This document shows positions 10,334-20,869 of a stretch of DNA of 64,000 nucleotides, in pieces. Source of the stretch: an uncultured delta proteobacterium (GTDB taxonomy: Bacteria; Desulfobacterota; Syntrophia; Syntrophales; UBA2185); NCBI GenBank assembly GCA_963729715.1, contig CAVSPA010000004.1:192001-256000 (forward strand). Reading direction: 5' to 3'. The notes below the pieces were generated by a model. The model was not told the DNA's origin and did no database searches. It saw only the letters and a program-made list of their open reading frames with translations. Position 1 is the first letter of the stretch; every line of letters begins with the position of its first letter. Position numbers and translations under genes: made by a program.

Positions 10334-11545
10334 ATGACAGATAAGAGTCGTCCAAGATTGCTCCATCTAAGGTCGTCATGTGAGGCTCTTGAGGTCTTGA
10401 GAAAGATTAATTGCGACCCATATGGCATTGAGGCAATGCTGCCGAAGATGGTTCATCATAATCTGCTACTTGAGGGGATCAAATGTAACGTAGCGAATAT
10501 TATAAAACAAGAAATGCTTTCCGTGGGCGGTGATGCTGCCGTTTCACGTTCTTCCGTATCATGCAGCGTTGAGAAAACGGACTGCGTTATCATGGGTACG
10601 GCAAAGCAGATACAGCGTCTATCCGACAAGATTTCCATTCAGCCGTTGGGATTAGGCAGCATATCAAAGGCGATCAGAGAACTCCTTGCAAATGTTTCGA
10701 AAGAACTTTTTATCCTCAAGACATGCAGAAGGGAAATTGTCTTGGGAGAGAAGACAGGAATCATGGGAATACTTAATGTAACCCCCGACTCATTTTCGGA
10801 CGGCGGCCTTTTCAAAGACATGGGTGATGCAATCGAATATGGTCTGAAGATGATGGAGGAGGGTGCAGACATCATAGATGTTGGAGGAGAATCTTCGCGA
10901 CCGGGTGCGGTGCCGATTCCGCTTGAGGAAGAGATTGCAAGGGTAATTCCCGTAATAAAGGGGTTGGAGAGGTCTATCAAGATTCCTATCTCAGTTGATA
11001 CGACAAAGGCCGAGGTTGCGAGACTTGCCGTGGATAACGGTGCTGATATTGTCAACGACATAAGCGCCATGACCGGTGATCGCCACATGGCAGATGTAGT
11101 CGCGGAGACAGGTGCGGCAATTATCCTGATGCACATGCGTGGAGTTCCCAAAGACATGCAGGAAGGAGATTTATCATACAGATCTCTAAGAGGAGACGTC
11201 ATTGACTTTCTCGGAGGCAAAATGGAAGAGGCCGGAATTGCGGGAATAGCCGCGGAAAATGTCATGATCGATCCTGGCATAGGCTTCGGCAAGACCGGCG
11301 AAGATTCAATGAGGTTGCTAAAATATCTATCGGAGTTTAAGGTCCTGGGAAGACCCATTGTGGCGGGGCCTTCGAGGAAGGGTTTTATAGGCAAAATAAC
11401 CGGTGGCGCGCCGACGGAGCGCATGGAGGGTACTGCCGCTGCAGTGACAGCCGCCATCATAAACGGGACAAACGTAGTGCGGGTGCATGACGTGAAGTCC
11501 ATGAAAAAAGTGGCTGCCATGGCCGATGCGATTCTAAGGGCATAA
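10334..11545 (+). CDS. folP: Dihydropteroate synthase with ~135 aa N-terminal extension
   Basis: MGILNVTPDSFSDGG, DPGIGFGK, SRKGF, RVHDV; ATG 10334 chosen to avoid overlap with ftsH. Confidence 0.93.
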   Translation: MTDKSRPRLLHLRSSCEALEVLRKINCDPYGIEAMLPKMVHHNLLLEGIKCNVANIIKQEMLSVGGDAAVSRSSVSCSVEKTDCVIMGTAKQIQRLSDKISIQPLGLGSISKAIRELLANVSKELFILKTCRREIVLGEKTGIMGILNVTPDSFSDGGLFKDMGDAIEYGLKMMEEGADIIDVGGESSRPGAVPIPLEEEIARVIPVIKGLERSIKIPISVDTTKAEVARLAVDNGADIVNDISAMTGDRHMADVVAETGAAIILMHMRGVPKDMQEGDLSYRSLRGDVIDFLGGKMEEAGIAGIAAENVMIDPGIGFGKTGEDSMRLLKYLSEFKVLGRPIVAGPSRKGFIGKITGGAPTERMEGTAAAVTAAIINGTNVVRVHDVKSMKKVAAMADAILRA

Positions 11546-11583
11546 AGCAGGAGCTTAAGATTGCGGCTATATCCGATAAGCAT

Positions 11584-11967
11584 TTGAAGATGATTCATGG
11601 AATAGGGACAGACCTTGTGGAAGTTTCGAGGATTGAAAGAATTCTCAAGAAATGGGGAGACCGCTTTCTACAGAGAGTTTATAGCACTGACGAAATCGAA
11701 TATTGTAAGAATAAGGCATTTCCAGCCATACATTTTGCGGCAAGATTTGCAGCAAAGGAATCTTTTCTGAAGTCCCTCGGCATAGGACTGGGCATGGGTG
11801 TCAAGTTAAGAGAAATTGAGGTGATGAACAACGAACTGGGAAATCCGGTACTGAAAATGAATGAAGAAATGGGCAACATCCTCGATAATCTTGGTGTGAA
11901 AGCGATCCACGTTAGTATGACGCATACAAGGGAGCATGCACACGCAATTGTAGTTCTTGAAAGGTAA
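11584..11967 (+). CDS. acpS: Holo-ACP synthase
   Basis: GIGTDLVE, AARFAAKE, SMTH motifs; start could be ATG 11590. Confidence 0.95.
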   Translation: MKMIHGIGTDLVEVSRIERILKKWGDRFLQRVYSTDEIEYCKNKAFPAIHFAARFAAKESFLKSLGIGLGMGVKLREIEVMNNELGNPVLKMNEEMGNILDNLGVKAIHVSMTHTREHAHAIVVLER

Positions 11968-12031
11968 GGTCAGTTGCCGGAGACCGGGACTTGTCGAGAA
12001 ACCCCGTGCGTATGACAGAGCAGGATAAAGG

Positions 12032-12568
12032 ATGGGTTCAAGCGCGAAGAAAATAATTATATCAAGTGTTGAAAATGCCATCAATGAGGGTACTGCCAAG
12101 CTGATGATTACATCTCGGAGTCCCGAGGAAACTTTTCTTATAGGTAAGATTATTGGATGTAATCTCCTTGAAAAGGATATCGTTGCTCTTGTCGGCGACT
12201 TAGGTGCGGGAAAGACATGCCTTGCTCATGGCATTGCGAGAGGGCTTGGCGTGCCGAATGAGTATCAAATAACGAGTCCATCGTTTACGTTGATAAATGA
12301 GTACCAGGGCAGAATGATGCTGTATCACTTTGACCTATATCGCTTATCGCGACCCTCAGAGATGGATGATATAGGATATGAGGAGTATTTTTTTGGGCGA
12401 GGCGTCAGCGTTATTGAATGGGCTGATAAAGTGACAGACATTCTGCCTGACGAAGCCTTGTTTGTCTCGATAAACTATATTGATGAAAATGAGCGTGACA
12501 TAATCATATCCGGACAAAAGAAGAGAATAGCTGTAATTTCGGAACAATTGGGAAATGGAGGTTCTTAG
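12032..12568 (+). CDS. tsaE: tRNA threonylcarbamoyladenosine biosynthesis ATPase
   Basis: GDLGAGKT, SPSFTL, HFDLYRL, IEWAD; exact start uncertain. Confidence 0.93.
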   Translation: MGSSAKKIIISSVENAINEGTAKLMITSRSPEETFLIGKIIGCNLLEKDIVALVGDLGAGKTCLAHGIARGLGVPNEYQITSPSFTLINEYQGRMMLYHFDLYRLSRPSEMDDIGYEEYFFGRGVSVIEWADKVTDILPDEALFVSINYIDENERDIIISGQKKRIAVISEQLGNGGS

Positions 12569-12571
12569 GGG

Positions 12572-13789
12572 ATGGCGCTTGTTGTGCAAAAATACGGAGG
12601 CACTTCAGTTGCAGATATCAACAAGATGGAGAATGTGGCCAGGCGTGTATTGAAATCAAAAGAAGCAGGAGATGACATTGTTGTAGTGCTTTCGGCCATG
12701 GCCGGTGAGACGGATAGACTCATACAATTGGCCCATACGGCGGCTGACATGCCCGATGAAAGGGAGTATGATGCCCTTGTCTCCACAGGGGAGCAGTTGA
12801 CGGTAACTCTTCTCTCCATAATTTTGAACAGATTGGGCCTACGCGCCAAATCTTTACTGGGGTATCAGGTAAAGATTATCACCGACAGATCCTATACGAA
12901 GGCAAGAATTGTCAATATAGATACGAAAAAGATATGCAAGGAGCTGAAGAGGGGAACTATTGTTGTCGTGGCCGGCTTTCAAGGTGTAGATAAGGATGGC
13001 AATATTACAACCCTCGGGAGAGGCGGTTCAGATACGAGTGCTGTCGCCTTGGCAGCGGCGCTGAAAGCGGACGTATGCGATATTTATACAGATGTTGACG
13101 GTGTTTATACTGCGGATCCCAACATTTGTAGAAAGGCACGGAGGCTGAGCAGGATCTCCTATGATGAAATGCTTGAGATGGCAAGGTCCGGGGCTAAAGT
13201 CCTTCAACCCCGATCAGTCGAACTCGCTAAAAAATACGACGTACCAGTCTACGTAAGGTCATCATTTACTGATGAAGGGGGCACACTGGTGACGAAGGAG
13301 GATCTGGAGATGGAAAGGGAAGTGGTGTGTGGGGTAACTTATGACCGTGATCAGGCGAAAATTACTGTGGTTCGCGTTCCTGATAGGCCCGGTATAGCAG
13401 CTCGGCTGTTTACACCGCTTGCGCAGCATAATATCATGGTCGACATGATAATACAGAACGCGAGCCTGGAGGGTTACACGGATTTGACATTCACTGTCTC
13501 GCGCAAGGAAATAAAGAAGGCTCACGAACTGGTTGAAGAAGTGGCAAGAGAAATAGGTGCTGACAGAGTAGAGGTTGATGCGGATGTTTCTAAGATATCC
13601 ATCATTGGTGTGGGGATGATCAGTCATTCGGGTGTAGCCGCAAAGATGTTCTCATCCTTAGCCAAGGAGGGCGTGAATATATTGATGATCAGTACTTCTG
13701 AGATCAAGATATCATGCGTCATACAGGCAAAATATACGGAGCTTGCCGTTTCCGCCCTGCATGATGCATTCGATTTAGATAAGGGATGA
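12572..13789 (+). CDS. lysC: Aspartate kinase
   Basis: [30 protein letters not shown], two ACT domains. Confidence 0.96.
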   Translation: MALVVQKYGGTSVADINKMENVARRVLKSKEAGDDIVVVLSAMAGETDRLIQLAHTAADMPDEREYDALVSTGEQLTVTLLSIILNRLGLRAKSLLGYQVKIITDRSYTKARIVNIDTKKICKELKRGTIVVVAGFQGVDKDGNITTLGRGGSDTSAVALAAALKADVCDIYTDVDGVYTADPNICRKARRLSRISYDEMLEMARSGAKVLQPRSVELAKKYDVPVYVRSSFTDEGGTLVTKEDLEMEREVVCGVTYDRDQAKITVVRVPDRPGIAARLFTPLAQHNIMVDMIIQNASLEGYTDLTFTVSRKEIKKAHELVEEVAREIGADRVEVDADVSKISIIGVGMISHSGVAAKMFSSLAKEGVNILMISTSEIKISCVIQAKYTELAVSALHDAFDLDKG

Positions 13790-13861
13790 GTTCTTCGCAA
13801 GATAGAATGAACCGTCACATTACCCATTTTAGGATACCGCAGAATTTATCAATAGATGAAT

Positions 13862-14432
13862 ATGCAGAGTACCGAAGGACAACGTGACGGAGCCATCGTT
13901 ATAGTTGTTATTGCGGCAATTGTTTTACGGTTTCCTATCTTTCTCCACAATTTCCGTCCCATATAAACTATATCCCCTTTGGCGATAAGAGTCTTGGCCC
14001 CGTAATTGTCGGGATCACAGGCAATGCGGACCCGAGCGGCATCTTTTATGTGCCCGATACGGCAAGATTCTGTGATCTCCTGGTGGCTGCCGGCATCAGA
14101 AATAGCGAACCATTTGATAATAATTTGTTAAATCGGCGGCTTTCCGCAGGCGACGCCGTTGTCATCGAATCGCGTGGACGCTTAAGGATCGAGCAAATGT
14201 TCAATGCAAATAAACTGGCCCTCTCGGCATTCCGATTGATATTAATAATGCCAGCATAAATGACCTTACGCTGATTAACGGCATCGGCGAGAAAGCTACA
14301 TCGCGGATCGTTCAATTCAGAGAAGCCTCGGGAAGGTTCGAGAGAGTTGAGGATCTGATGAAGATTCACGGGATCAAAGACAAGAAATTTGAAAAGCTCA
14401 AGAGGTATATCTGCACGAGCGATACACCGTGA
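13862..14432 (+). pseudogene. ComEA-like helix-hairpin-helix DNA-binding protein with two frameshifts
   Basis: Three frames join into TM segment, middle domain and IPIDINNAS..DLTLINGIGEK...F.RVEDLMKIHGI; shifts near 13925 and 14222. Confidence 0.75.
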
Positions 14433-14461
14433 AGACGCGAGCATTAAAAGATGGAGTTTTA

Positions 14462-15037
14462 TTATCTGAATTTATCGAGATAAGTGAGGACTCTCTGTAT
14501 ATATACTTGCGTTTCGCGATAGGGAGGGACGCCCCTGTGCCTGATAACGGCATTCTCGCCTGCGTTATAAGCAGCCAGAGCTAAAGGAAGATTCCCGTTG
14601 AAATAATTCAAGAGATACCGCAGGTATTTTACGCCGCCTTCGATATTGTTCTCCGGATGGAAGGAATCCTGGACTTGCAATGACGAGGCGGTTGCCGGCA
14701 TCAATTGCATCAGTCCTCTGGCCCCTTTCGGAGAAACGGCCCGATGGTTGAAATTTGATTCTGCCTTTATGATTGCTTTAATCAGGGCAGGCTCTATTTT
14801 ATGTCTTTCTGATGCCTTGATTATCAAGTCATCATATTCTGATATATTATAGCCCAGCTTCCTGTCGAGAAGAACGCGCTTCTCCCTCATGATAAGAGTG
14901 TACTTGACGCCGCTTTCGGTAGGCACGTTTGTGAGATGGATGACGCCCTGTGCGTCTTCGTACTTGTATATATCCGCCCAGGCCGGTGAGGCGATGCTTA
15001 AAGTGATTAGTAATGTAACGAGGACAAATAACTGCAC
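14462..15037 (-). CDS. Lytic transglycosylase (DUF4124-like N-terminus + SLT domain)
   Basis: AES, AVSPKGARGLMQL, ALAAYNAG, ETQ.Y motifs. Confidence 0.92.
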   Translation of the reverse strand: MQLFVLVTLLITLSIASPAWADIYKYEDAQGVIHLTNVPTESGVKYTLIMREKRVLLDRKLGYNISEYDDLIIKASERHKIEPALIKAIIKAESNFNHRAVSPKGARGLMQLMPATASSLQVQDSFHPENNIEGGVKYLRYLLNYFNGNLPLALAAYNAGENAVIRHRGVPPYRETQVYIQRVLTYLDKFR

Positions 15038-15234
15038 GGTAACCTCATCTTTAATCGTCTCGGATCAAGGTAAATTTTAATCTCTGTCATCTATATTAGC
15101 ATAAATCTACTACATGGCCATCTTGATTTCAAGAACTTTATGCAATTGGCAAAAGCGGAGATACTCGCTTTCATAGTCCTTGACAGAGTCATGGCATGGT
15201 GTTAGTAAGGCTATAAATATCGTTCATTAAATGT

Positions 15235-15311
<77 letters not shown>

Positions 15312-15351
15312 TCTAATTATCTAATTTATTTGGATTCCGTCTTTTAATTTT

Positions 15352-15373
15352 CGTTCACTAAACGTTCACTAAA
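15352..15373. repeat. Tandem 11 bp repeat CGTTCACTAAA x2, possible integrase arm-type sites
   Basis: Perfect tandem copy 40 bp inside the island end; related ATTCACTAA at 36664-36672 near the other end. Confidence 0.5.
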
Positions 15374-15546
15374 TTCGAAAGAGATTCCCTAATTTTTCAT
15401 CCAGGTAACTTCTGGAATACAGATAGTCCTTGGCGCCCCAAATACCAACAAATATCTTTGTGCTACTATCTATATCGGTTCTTAAATCAATAATCTTTAG
15501 CCGACCGTCACGCCAAATCACAAAAACCTACTGTCATGCTCCAGAA

Positions 15547-15745
15547 TCACCTGTGGTCATGTTCCTGAATACGGTGCTGATTTGTAGCGGCATGGCGTGC
15601 TGGCTTGGCACGGGTTCTCAATTCGAGGATGTTTGTCATGATCTTGTTCGATCGCTTGGCGTAACGGCGTGTAATATTTTTTGATGTATGGCCTAGAATA
15701 TCTCTGACCATTTCAAGGTCAACACCTTCGTACATTAACTGGCCG
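15547..15745 (-). pseudogene. Tyrosine integrase C-terminal remnant
   Basis: GGQL...GVDLEMVRDILGH...ITRRY (LGH...Y box II); upstream catalytic region missing. Confidence 0.8.
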
Positions 15746-15750
15746 CCTTG

Positions 15751-16185
15751 ATGCTGGTTCTTCTATTTTTGATCACCTCGCCTAGCCGGGATACACCCCA
15801 TATTATGAAGCTGGTGAATGGGTTTTTGCAGCATGTCACGTCTGGTGATTATCGGGGTGCTTATGAATAACTCTCCGAGGAGTCGAAAAAGGTATACACC
15901 CTGAAGGATTTCGTTAATGATCATGCAGAAAATAGCATCAAGGTCCAGAATTTCAGAATCTATGATGTCATCTTCAATGAGTATGACAAAAGGAAAGCCG
16001 TAGCGGTGGTCTCAAGCCCCTTCACTCTCTACGGTCGCGAAACACTACACTTGGAGATGATCAAGGAAGAGAAGGGGTGGCGGATCGTTTTCAGCAGGAC
16101 CATTTTTCACCCGAACGCCCGCGGCCAAGGGAATAGTAAAAGGAAGGGGGGCTCCGTCACCAATTTCTTCAAGAAGCTCTTTTGA
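15751..16185 (+). pseudogene. Truncated membrane-anchored NTF2-like protein with internal stop
   Basis: Single frame with TAA at 15868-15870 (GDYRGAYE*LSEESK...MIKEEKGWRI); 5' end abuts integrase remnant. Confidence 0.55.
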
Positions 16186-16206
16186 CGAGACACTACGCTG
16201 CGATGA

Positions 16207-16767
16207 TCACCGCATCGACTTTAGGAATGACGTGACATCTCTAACACCCTCCACGCTCTTAGCGAGAGCGATAGCCTTGTCAGCTTCACTTCCCGTTCCC
16301 ACAATCCCCAGAAGAATAACGTGGCATTGAACCACCTTGACGTCGATATTAGTCGAGTGGATATCATGGGCATTGATGAGAATGCCCTGCACCTTGATGC
16401 TTATGGCGGCATGATCCATCGTCCCGCAGGTATCAATCTTTCTCTTGGGGAGGATGTACGTCGTTACCGATTTTACTCCCTTCACAGAATGGGCGATTTT
16501 AGAAACCTTTTCTTTCTGTTCTGGCGTGTCGTATTCACCGATGAGATAAACATCGCCGTTGTAGCAGAAGGTGGCATAGTCAAAAACATTAATTACCTCG
16601 TCCATGATTCTCTTATCAATGGTGAGTTTGATCTTTTCATCCGTGTAGATGGCTCTGTTTGTGCGCTCCTCCTGGGCCACCCCGTAAGCCCCCCCGAATA
16701 TCGAGGAGCATCCGGTCAAAACGATCAGCACGGTGAAACAACAAAGTATTCCTCCACATTTCTTCAT
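16207..16767 (-). CDS. Dual BON-domain lipoprotein (OsmY/DolP-like)
   Basis: Lipobox LTGC; two BON repeats (VYLIG...VKGVKSV; VILLG...VEGVRDV). Confidence 0.88.
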   Translation of the reverse strand: MKKCGGILCCFTVLIVLTGCSSIFGGAYGVAQEERTNRAIYTDEKIKLTIDKRIMDEVINVFDYATFCYNGDVYLIGEYDTPEQKEKVSKIAHSVKGVKSVTTYILPKRKIDTCGTMDHAAISIKVQGILINAHDIHSTNIDVKVVQCHVILLGIVGTGSEADKAIALAKSVEGVRDVTSFLKSMR

Positions 16768-16870
16768 TTTCTCTCTCCGGGTTCTACTCATCCGACGGAA
16801 CAATAACCGTCGTGTGCTGGCCGATCACCACTCCTCCGAAGAAGGATTGGCCATCGGCTTAATCCTCAAG

Positions 16871-18262
16871 TCACAACCAGTGATCAAATAAATGCGCAAA
16901 CCATTCCCTAAGCTGCGAAAAGAGGGATCTCTCCTGCCACTCTTCCCGTTTTATCTCATGCGACTCCACAAGATCCTTGGCAAATGTCTTCTCCATTTCA
17001 GCAGCGAACTCACGGTTAAGAACAATCGCATTCACCTCGTCATCGTTTAAAAAGCTCCAGTAGTCCATGTTGGTGGACCCGACCGTTGACCAGACGCCAT
17101 CAATGACCGCAGTCTTCGCATGCAGTAAGGCGTTGCGGCGTTCATATATCTTCACCCCCGCGTCCAATAGCTCTGAATAATTGTACTGCGCTGCATGTAA
17201 GGCCAGCGAGGAATCGGTGGTCTCGGGAAGAATGATCTTTACGTCAACGCCCCTCTTGGCTGCATCCGTGAAGGCCGTAAGTACCTGGTCGTCGGGTATA
17301 AAGTAGGCATTCGTCAGATGAATGGAATGCTCCGCAAACATGATGGCGGCCACATACATGATAAACGTGATCCTGTTGTCCGCGCCCGGTGTGCTGCCGA
17401 CGACTCGTACCAGGGCATTCCCATTTTCTTTCATCTTTGGGTAGTAGTTGCGTTCGGATAGTTTAGGCCCGTTCTGCTTGGACCACGTGTCAATAAAGAG
17501 CTTTTGGAATTCCGCGACGGCGGGACCTTCAATTTGAACGTCCGTGTCGCGCCACGGCAGCGGTGCTCCCTCGCCTTCAGCCCTTCCGGAAAGCTTGCTC
17601 GAGTAAACGCTGCTGATGTTGATACCGCCTGTAATGGCGATTTTGCCGTCGACGATCAAAATCTTGCGGTGATCGAGGTGCGCAAGTAACCAGTTACCGT
17701 GAGCCTTAAACGGATTTACCGGATTGAATTCGACGACCTTGATTCCCCCATCCCGCAAGCGCTGAAAAAAGGGAGCGGGATTGGCGTAGCTCCCCACGCT
17801 GTCATAAATGAGATTGACCTGAACACCTTCCGCCTGTTTTTTCAACAACAGGTCGGAAAATTGGCGGCCCACGTCATCGGCATCGATGATAAAGGTTTCA
17901 AGATTGATATGGTCTCTGGCGCTCTCTATGGCTTTGAACATTGCGGCATAAGCGGCCTGGCCATCGGCGAGGAGGGTAACCTTGTTTCCCTTTGTGAGCG
18001 GGCTTTCGGTCAAAGATTCGATTAGGTCATTAAAACGCTGCAGTGTGTCCGTCGACTTAGTGGATCGCTGCAAGCGTTCCATGATGGCTTTGCTCTGCTT
18101 CGGAGATAACAGTCCTCTGGCCGAAACGATTTGTTGCGGCTCTTGGGCATTCGGCGCCGCGTCGATCTTTTCAGAGACATTGGGCAGGGACGCACACCCG
18201 CCGCTGATGCCCAAGATTGTAAACGTCAGGAGAAACAAAAAGAGAGTTTTAATGAATCTCAT
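16871..18262 (-). CDS. Cardiolipin synthase (ClsB-like phospholipase D)
   Basis: Two HKD motifs (HRKILIVD, HAKTAVID), WRDTD, GSTN. Confidence 0.92.
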   Translation of the reverse strand: MRFIKTLFLFLLTFTILGISGGCASLPNVSEKIDAAPNAQEPQQIVSARGLLSPKQSKAIMERLQRSTKSTDTLQRFNDLIESLTESPLTKGNKVTLLADGQAAYAAMFKAIESARDHINLETFIIDADDVGRQFSDLLLKKQAEGVQVNLIYDSVGSYANPAPFFQRLRDGGIKVVEFNPVNPFKAHGNWLLAHLDHRKILIVDGKIAITGGINISSVYSSKLSGRAEGEGAPLPWRDTDVQIEGPAVAEFQKLFIDTWSKQNGPKLSERNYYPKMKENGNALVRVVGSTPGADNRITFIMYVAAIMFAEHSIHLTNAYFIPDDQVLTAFTDAAKRGVDVKIILPETTDSSLALHAAQYNYSELLDAGVKIYERRNALLHAKTAVIDGVWSTVGSTNMDYWSFLNDDEVNAIVLNREFAAEMEKTFAKDLVESHEIKREEWQERSLFSQLREWFAHLFDHWL

Positions 18263-18311
18263 GTTCTGCCCCAATGTAAGCTCGTTCGTGTTGTCGCAAA
18301 GATGCGCACAG

Positions 18312-18461
18312 CTATATGGGTTTTTGCCCCTGGATGATTCTGATCAGTATAATGACAATGGCAATGACCAAGGAAATGTGAATGAAATAGCCCATCGCAT
18401 AGCCGCTCATCAGCCCGAGCAGCCATAAAATTATCAGCACGGCAGCAATTGTCCACAGCAT
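18312..18461 (-). CDS. lmo0937-family small membrane protein (copy 1)
   Basis: MLWTIAAVLIILWLLG...FIHI.LVIAIV; GGAGG RBS. Confidence 0.85.
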   Translation of the reverse strand: MLWTIAAVLIILWLLGLMSGYAMGYFIHISLVIAIVIILIRIIQGQKPI

Positions 18462-18575
18462 ATGATCTTCCTCCGGAAATTGTTGAGGCTCGTTGCCGGC
18501 CGCATCACTGCGACAGCCGGAAATGAGCGTCCGGTTCTTTGTACTGTTCACAGCGTTTATACGGATAATGCCCGC

Positions 18576-19127
18576 CTATTTCACGATGAGATCGTTCTTG
18601 AGAGATTTGACACCTTCGACACTGCCTGCAACCTGACCTGCTTTATCGATGGTCATCTGGGAATCGACGAAACCTCTCAGTTGCACGACACCCCTGTAGG
18701 TCTTGACGTTGATCTCAAAGGCCTTGAGGACATCGTCCTGGGCGAGATGCGCCTTGACTTTGGTCGTAATGACCGAATCATCGAAGTACTTACCAGCGCT
18801 CTCTGTCTTGGGCACTGACACAATCAGGTCGTTCTTCACGGATCTGACCCCTTCGACACTGCTTGCAACCTGACCTGCTTTATCGATCGTCATCTGGGAA
18901 TCGACGAAACCGCTCAGCTGAACGATGCCCTTGCGGGATTCTACCGCGATCTGAAATGACTTGAGGAAATCATCAGCTGCGAGCTGAGCTTTTATCTTGG
19001 CCGTGATGACGGAGTCATCGATGTATTCCCCCGTGCTTGACTGTTTCGGTGTCGATGCGCAGGCCACAAAGGTCGCGATCATCATGAGGACGATAATAAA
19101 ACAGATAACGTTGTAGCTCTTTTTCAT
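18576..19127 (-). CDS. Dual BON-domain lipoprotein (OsmY-like)
   Basis: FVAC lipobox; DDSVIT.K.K...VQL.GFVDS...GV.S.KNDL repeated twice. Confidence 0.92.
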   Translation of the reverse strand: MKKSYNVICFIIVLMMIATFVACASTPKQSSTGEYIDDSVITAKIKAQLAADDFLKSFQIAVESRKGIVQLSGFVDSQMTIDKAGQVASSVEGVRSVKNDLIVSVPKTESAGKYFDDSVITTKVKAHLAQDDVLKAFEINVKTYRGVVQLRGFVDSQMTIDKAGQVAGSVEGVKSLKNDLIVK

Positions 19128-19303
19128 AATCCTTACTCCTTCTCTCCTTTTTCACTCATAATATTATTAATATCCATGAACGTGCCATCAGCAAAAGCCT
19201 GATTTTGGGCTGCGAAATGTCCGATGTAATGTAAGGTGGGAGTGAAATAGTAGCACAGACATCACGATTTATAATCCTCATTTTCGACAGTAGCACGATC
19301 TAA

Positions 19304-19516
19304 AAATACCGTGATCCCAGCGCTGGAAGGTTCCTGGCCAAGGATCCGATTGTGTTTAGAGAGGGTATTAACCCGTATGCATATGTCGGCAACAACCCTG
19401 TAGACTGGATTGATCCACTTAGACCTTATACAGAAGTTGTCATTCGGCAACCAGCGGGTTGGGGTCAATCTTCTTTTGGTCATGTCTCTATTTACGGCTC
19501 AAGTGTGGCAAGTTAA
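19304..19516 (+). pseudogene. Rhs repeat-associated core C-terminal remnant
   Basis: KYRDPSAGRFLAKDPIVFREGINPYAYVGNNPVDWIDPL matches degenerate YDP..GRF...DPIG..GG.N.Y.YV.NNP...IDP.G; no start codon. Confidence 0.8.
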
Positions 19517-19764
19517 GTTTCTATGAAATTGATATTGTGTTCGAGGGTGATTCTTTTTGATTGGGGCCAGGAGAAAACTCCTCAATCGAGATGACCATTG
19601 GCCGCCTGAAAAAAATATTTTGTTGCCAATAGATGATTAATGGCTGAACTCTGGCCTTAATTGTAGTACGATAATAATGGCAAGTAAATGACCCTTGGTC
19701 TTTGAGTATGGATGTTGGCGATCTACTTTTCCCGTAATATTACAAACGCGCACAAAGAGGGTTT

Positions 19765-20820
19765 ATGAAAACATTATTGCACCGATACGGATTTCCATGC
19801 GGTCGTAAGTGTCAACTGGTGCGCGGGACACTTTGCATGGCATTGCTGTTTATCTTTGCGGTCACGGCACATGCGGACGTGCCTAAGGGCATCGCCGAAT
19901 GCGTGAAAATTGATGACAGCGCGGAACGACTGAAATGTTACGATGAGCTGGCCGGGCGTAAGGAAGCCCCAAGCAAACCAACGAGTACAACCGCTTCGGA
20001 AACAAAGCCTGGTTCGCAAACAAAAGTCACATATCTGGAACGGCTATGGGAATTGGACAAAGAGTCCCGGAAAGACAAATATACCATATCACCTCACCGG
20101 TCGAACTACCTCCTTCCCATCACATATGTCGAGTCGCCTAACGAGCAGCCCATAAAAAAGGCTGATCCTAATAAAGAACTTACAAATGCGGAAACCGCTT
20201 TTCAGATCAGCTTCAAGACGAAGATTTGGCAGGACATTTTTGGACAAGATATGGATCTATGGGTTGCTTACACGCAGCGATCGTTCTGGCAATCTTACAA
20301 TTTCAAAGACTCCTCGCCTTTTCGCGAAACCAATTACGAACCGGAGGTTCTTCTGAACTTCCGTACGGACTATGATCTTCTCGGGCTTAAGAACCGTTTC
20401 ATTAACGTGGGCCTCAACCACCAGTCCAACGGACAGTCAGACCCCCTGTCAAGAAGCTGGAACCGCGCAGTTGCGAACTTCGGGTTCGAAAGAGACAACC
20501 TCGTTCTAATCCTAAAAACATGGTACAGGTTTCCGGAGAGTGCCGAAAATGATAACAATTCAGACATCGAGAACTATCTTGGATACGGTGAACTTTGGGC
20601 ATATTACTTTTGGAAGGGCAACAGATTCGGACTGATGGCCAGAAATAACTTGAACCCAAGCACGAATCGTGGCGCCACGCAGCTTGAATGGAGCTTTCCG
20701 CTCATAGAGCGGATGAGCGGCTACATACAATACTTTAATGGCTATGGCGAGAGCATGCTCGATTACAACCACAACATCAACCGCATCGGAATCGGGTTCA
20801 TACTGAAAGATTGGGAATAG
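19765..20820 (+). CDS. pldA: Outer membrane phospholipase A (OMPLA)
   Basis: YTQRSFWQ, PFRETNYEPE, HQSNG catalytic motif, SRSWNR, GYGESMLDYN. Confidence 0.92.
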   Translation: MKTLLHRYGFPCGRKCQLVRGTLCMALLFIFAVTAHADVPKGIAECVKIDDSAERLKCYDELAGRKEAPSKPTSTTASETKPGSQTKVTYLERLWELDKESRKDKYTISPHRSNYLLPITYVESPNEQPIKKADPNKELTNAETAFQISFKTKIWQDIFGQDMDLWVAYTQRSFWQSYNFKDSSPFRETNYEPEVLLNFRTDYDLLGLKNRFINVGLNHQSNGQSDPLSRSWNRAVANFGFERDNLVLILKTWYRFPESAENDNNSDIENYLGYGELWAYYFWKGNRFGLMARNNLNPSTNRGATQLEWSFPLIERMSGYIQYFNGYGESMLDYNHNINRIGIGFILKDWE

Positions 20821-20869
20821 ACAGGAATCTTCTCTCACGAGGCATCAATGGCCTAAAAAAAGCAGGTTG

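Noticed and set aside
10639..11598. 319 aa antisense ORF over folP (and similar shadows over ftsH, the kinase, lon, ltrA, guaB)
   Set aside because: Reverse-complement shadows of well-supported genes with no recognisable motifs
19173..19187. Possible sigma54 promoter TGGCACGTTCATGGA upstream of the minus-strand BON operon
   Set aside because: Good -24 box but the -12 GC is missing; cannot be called functional
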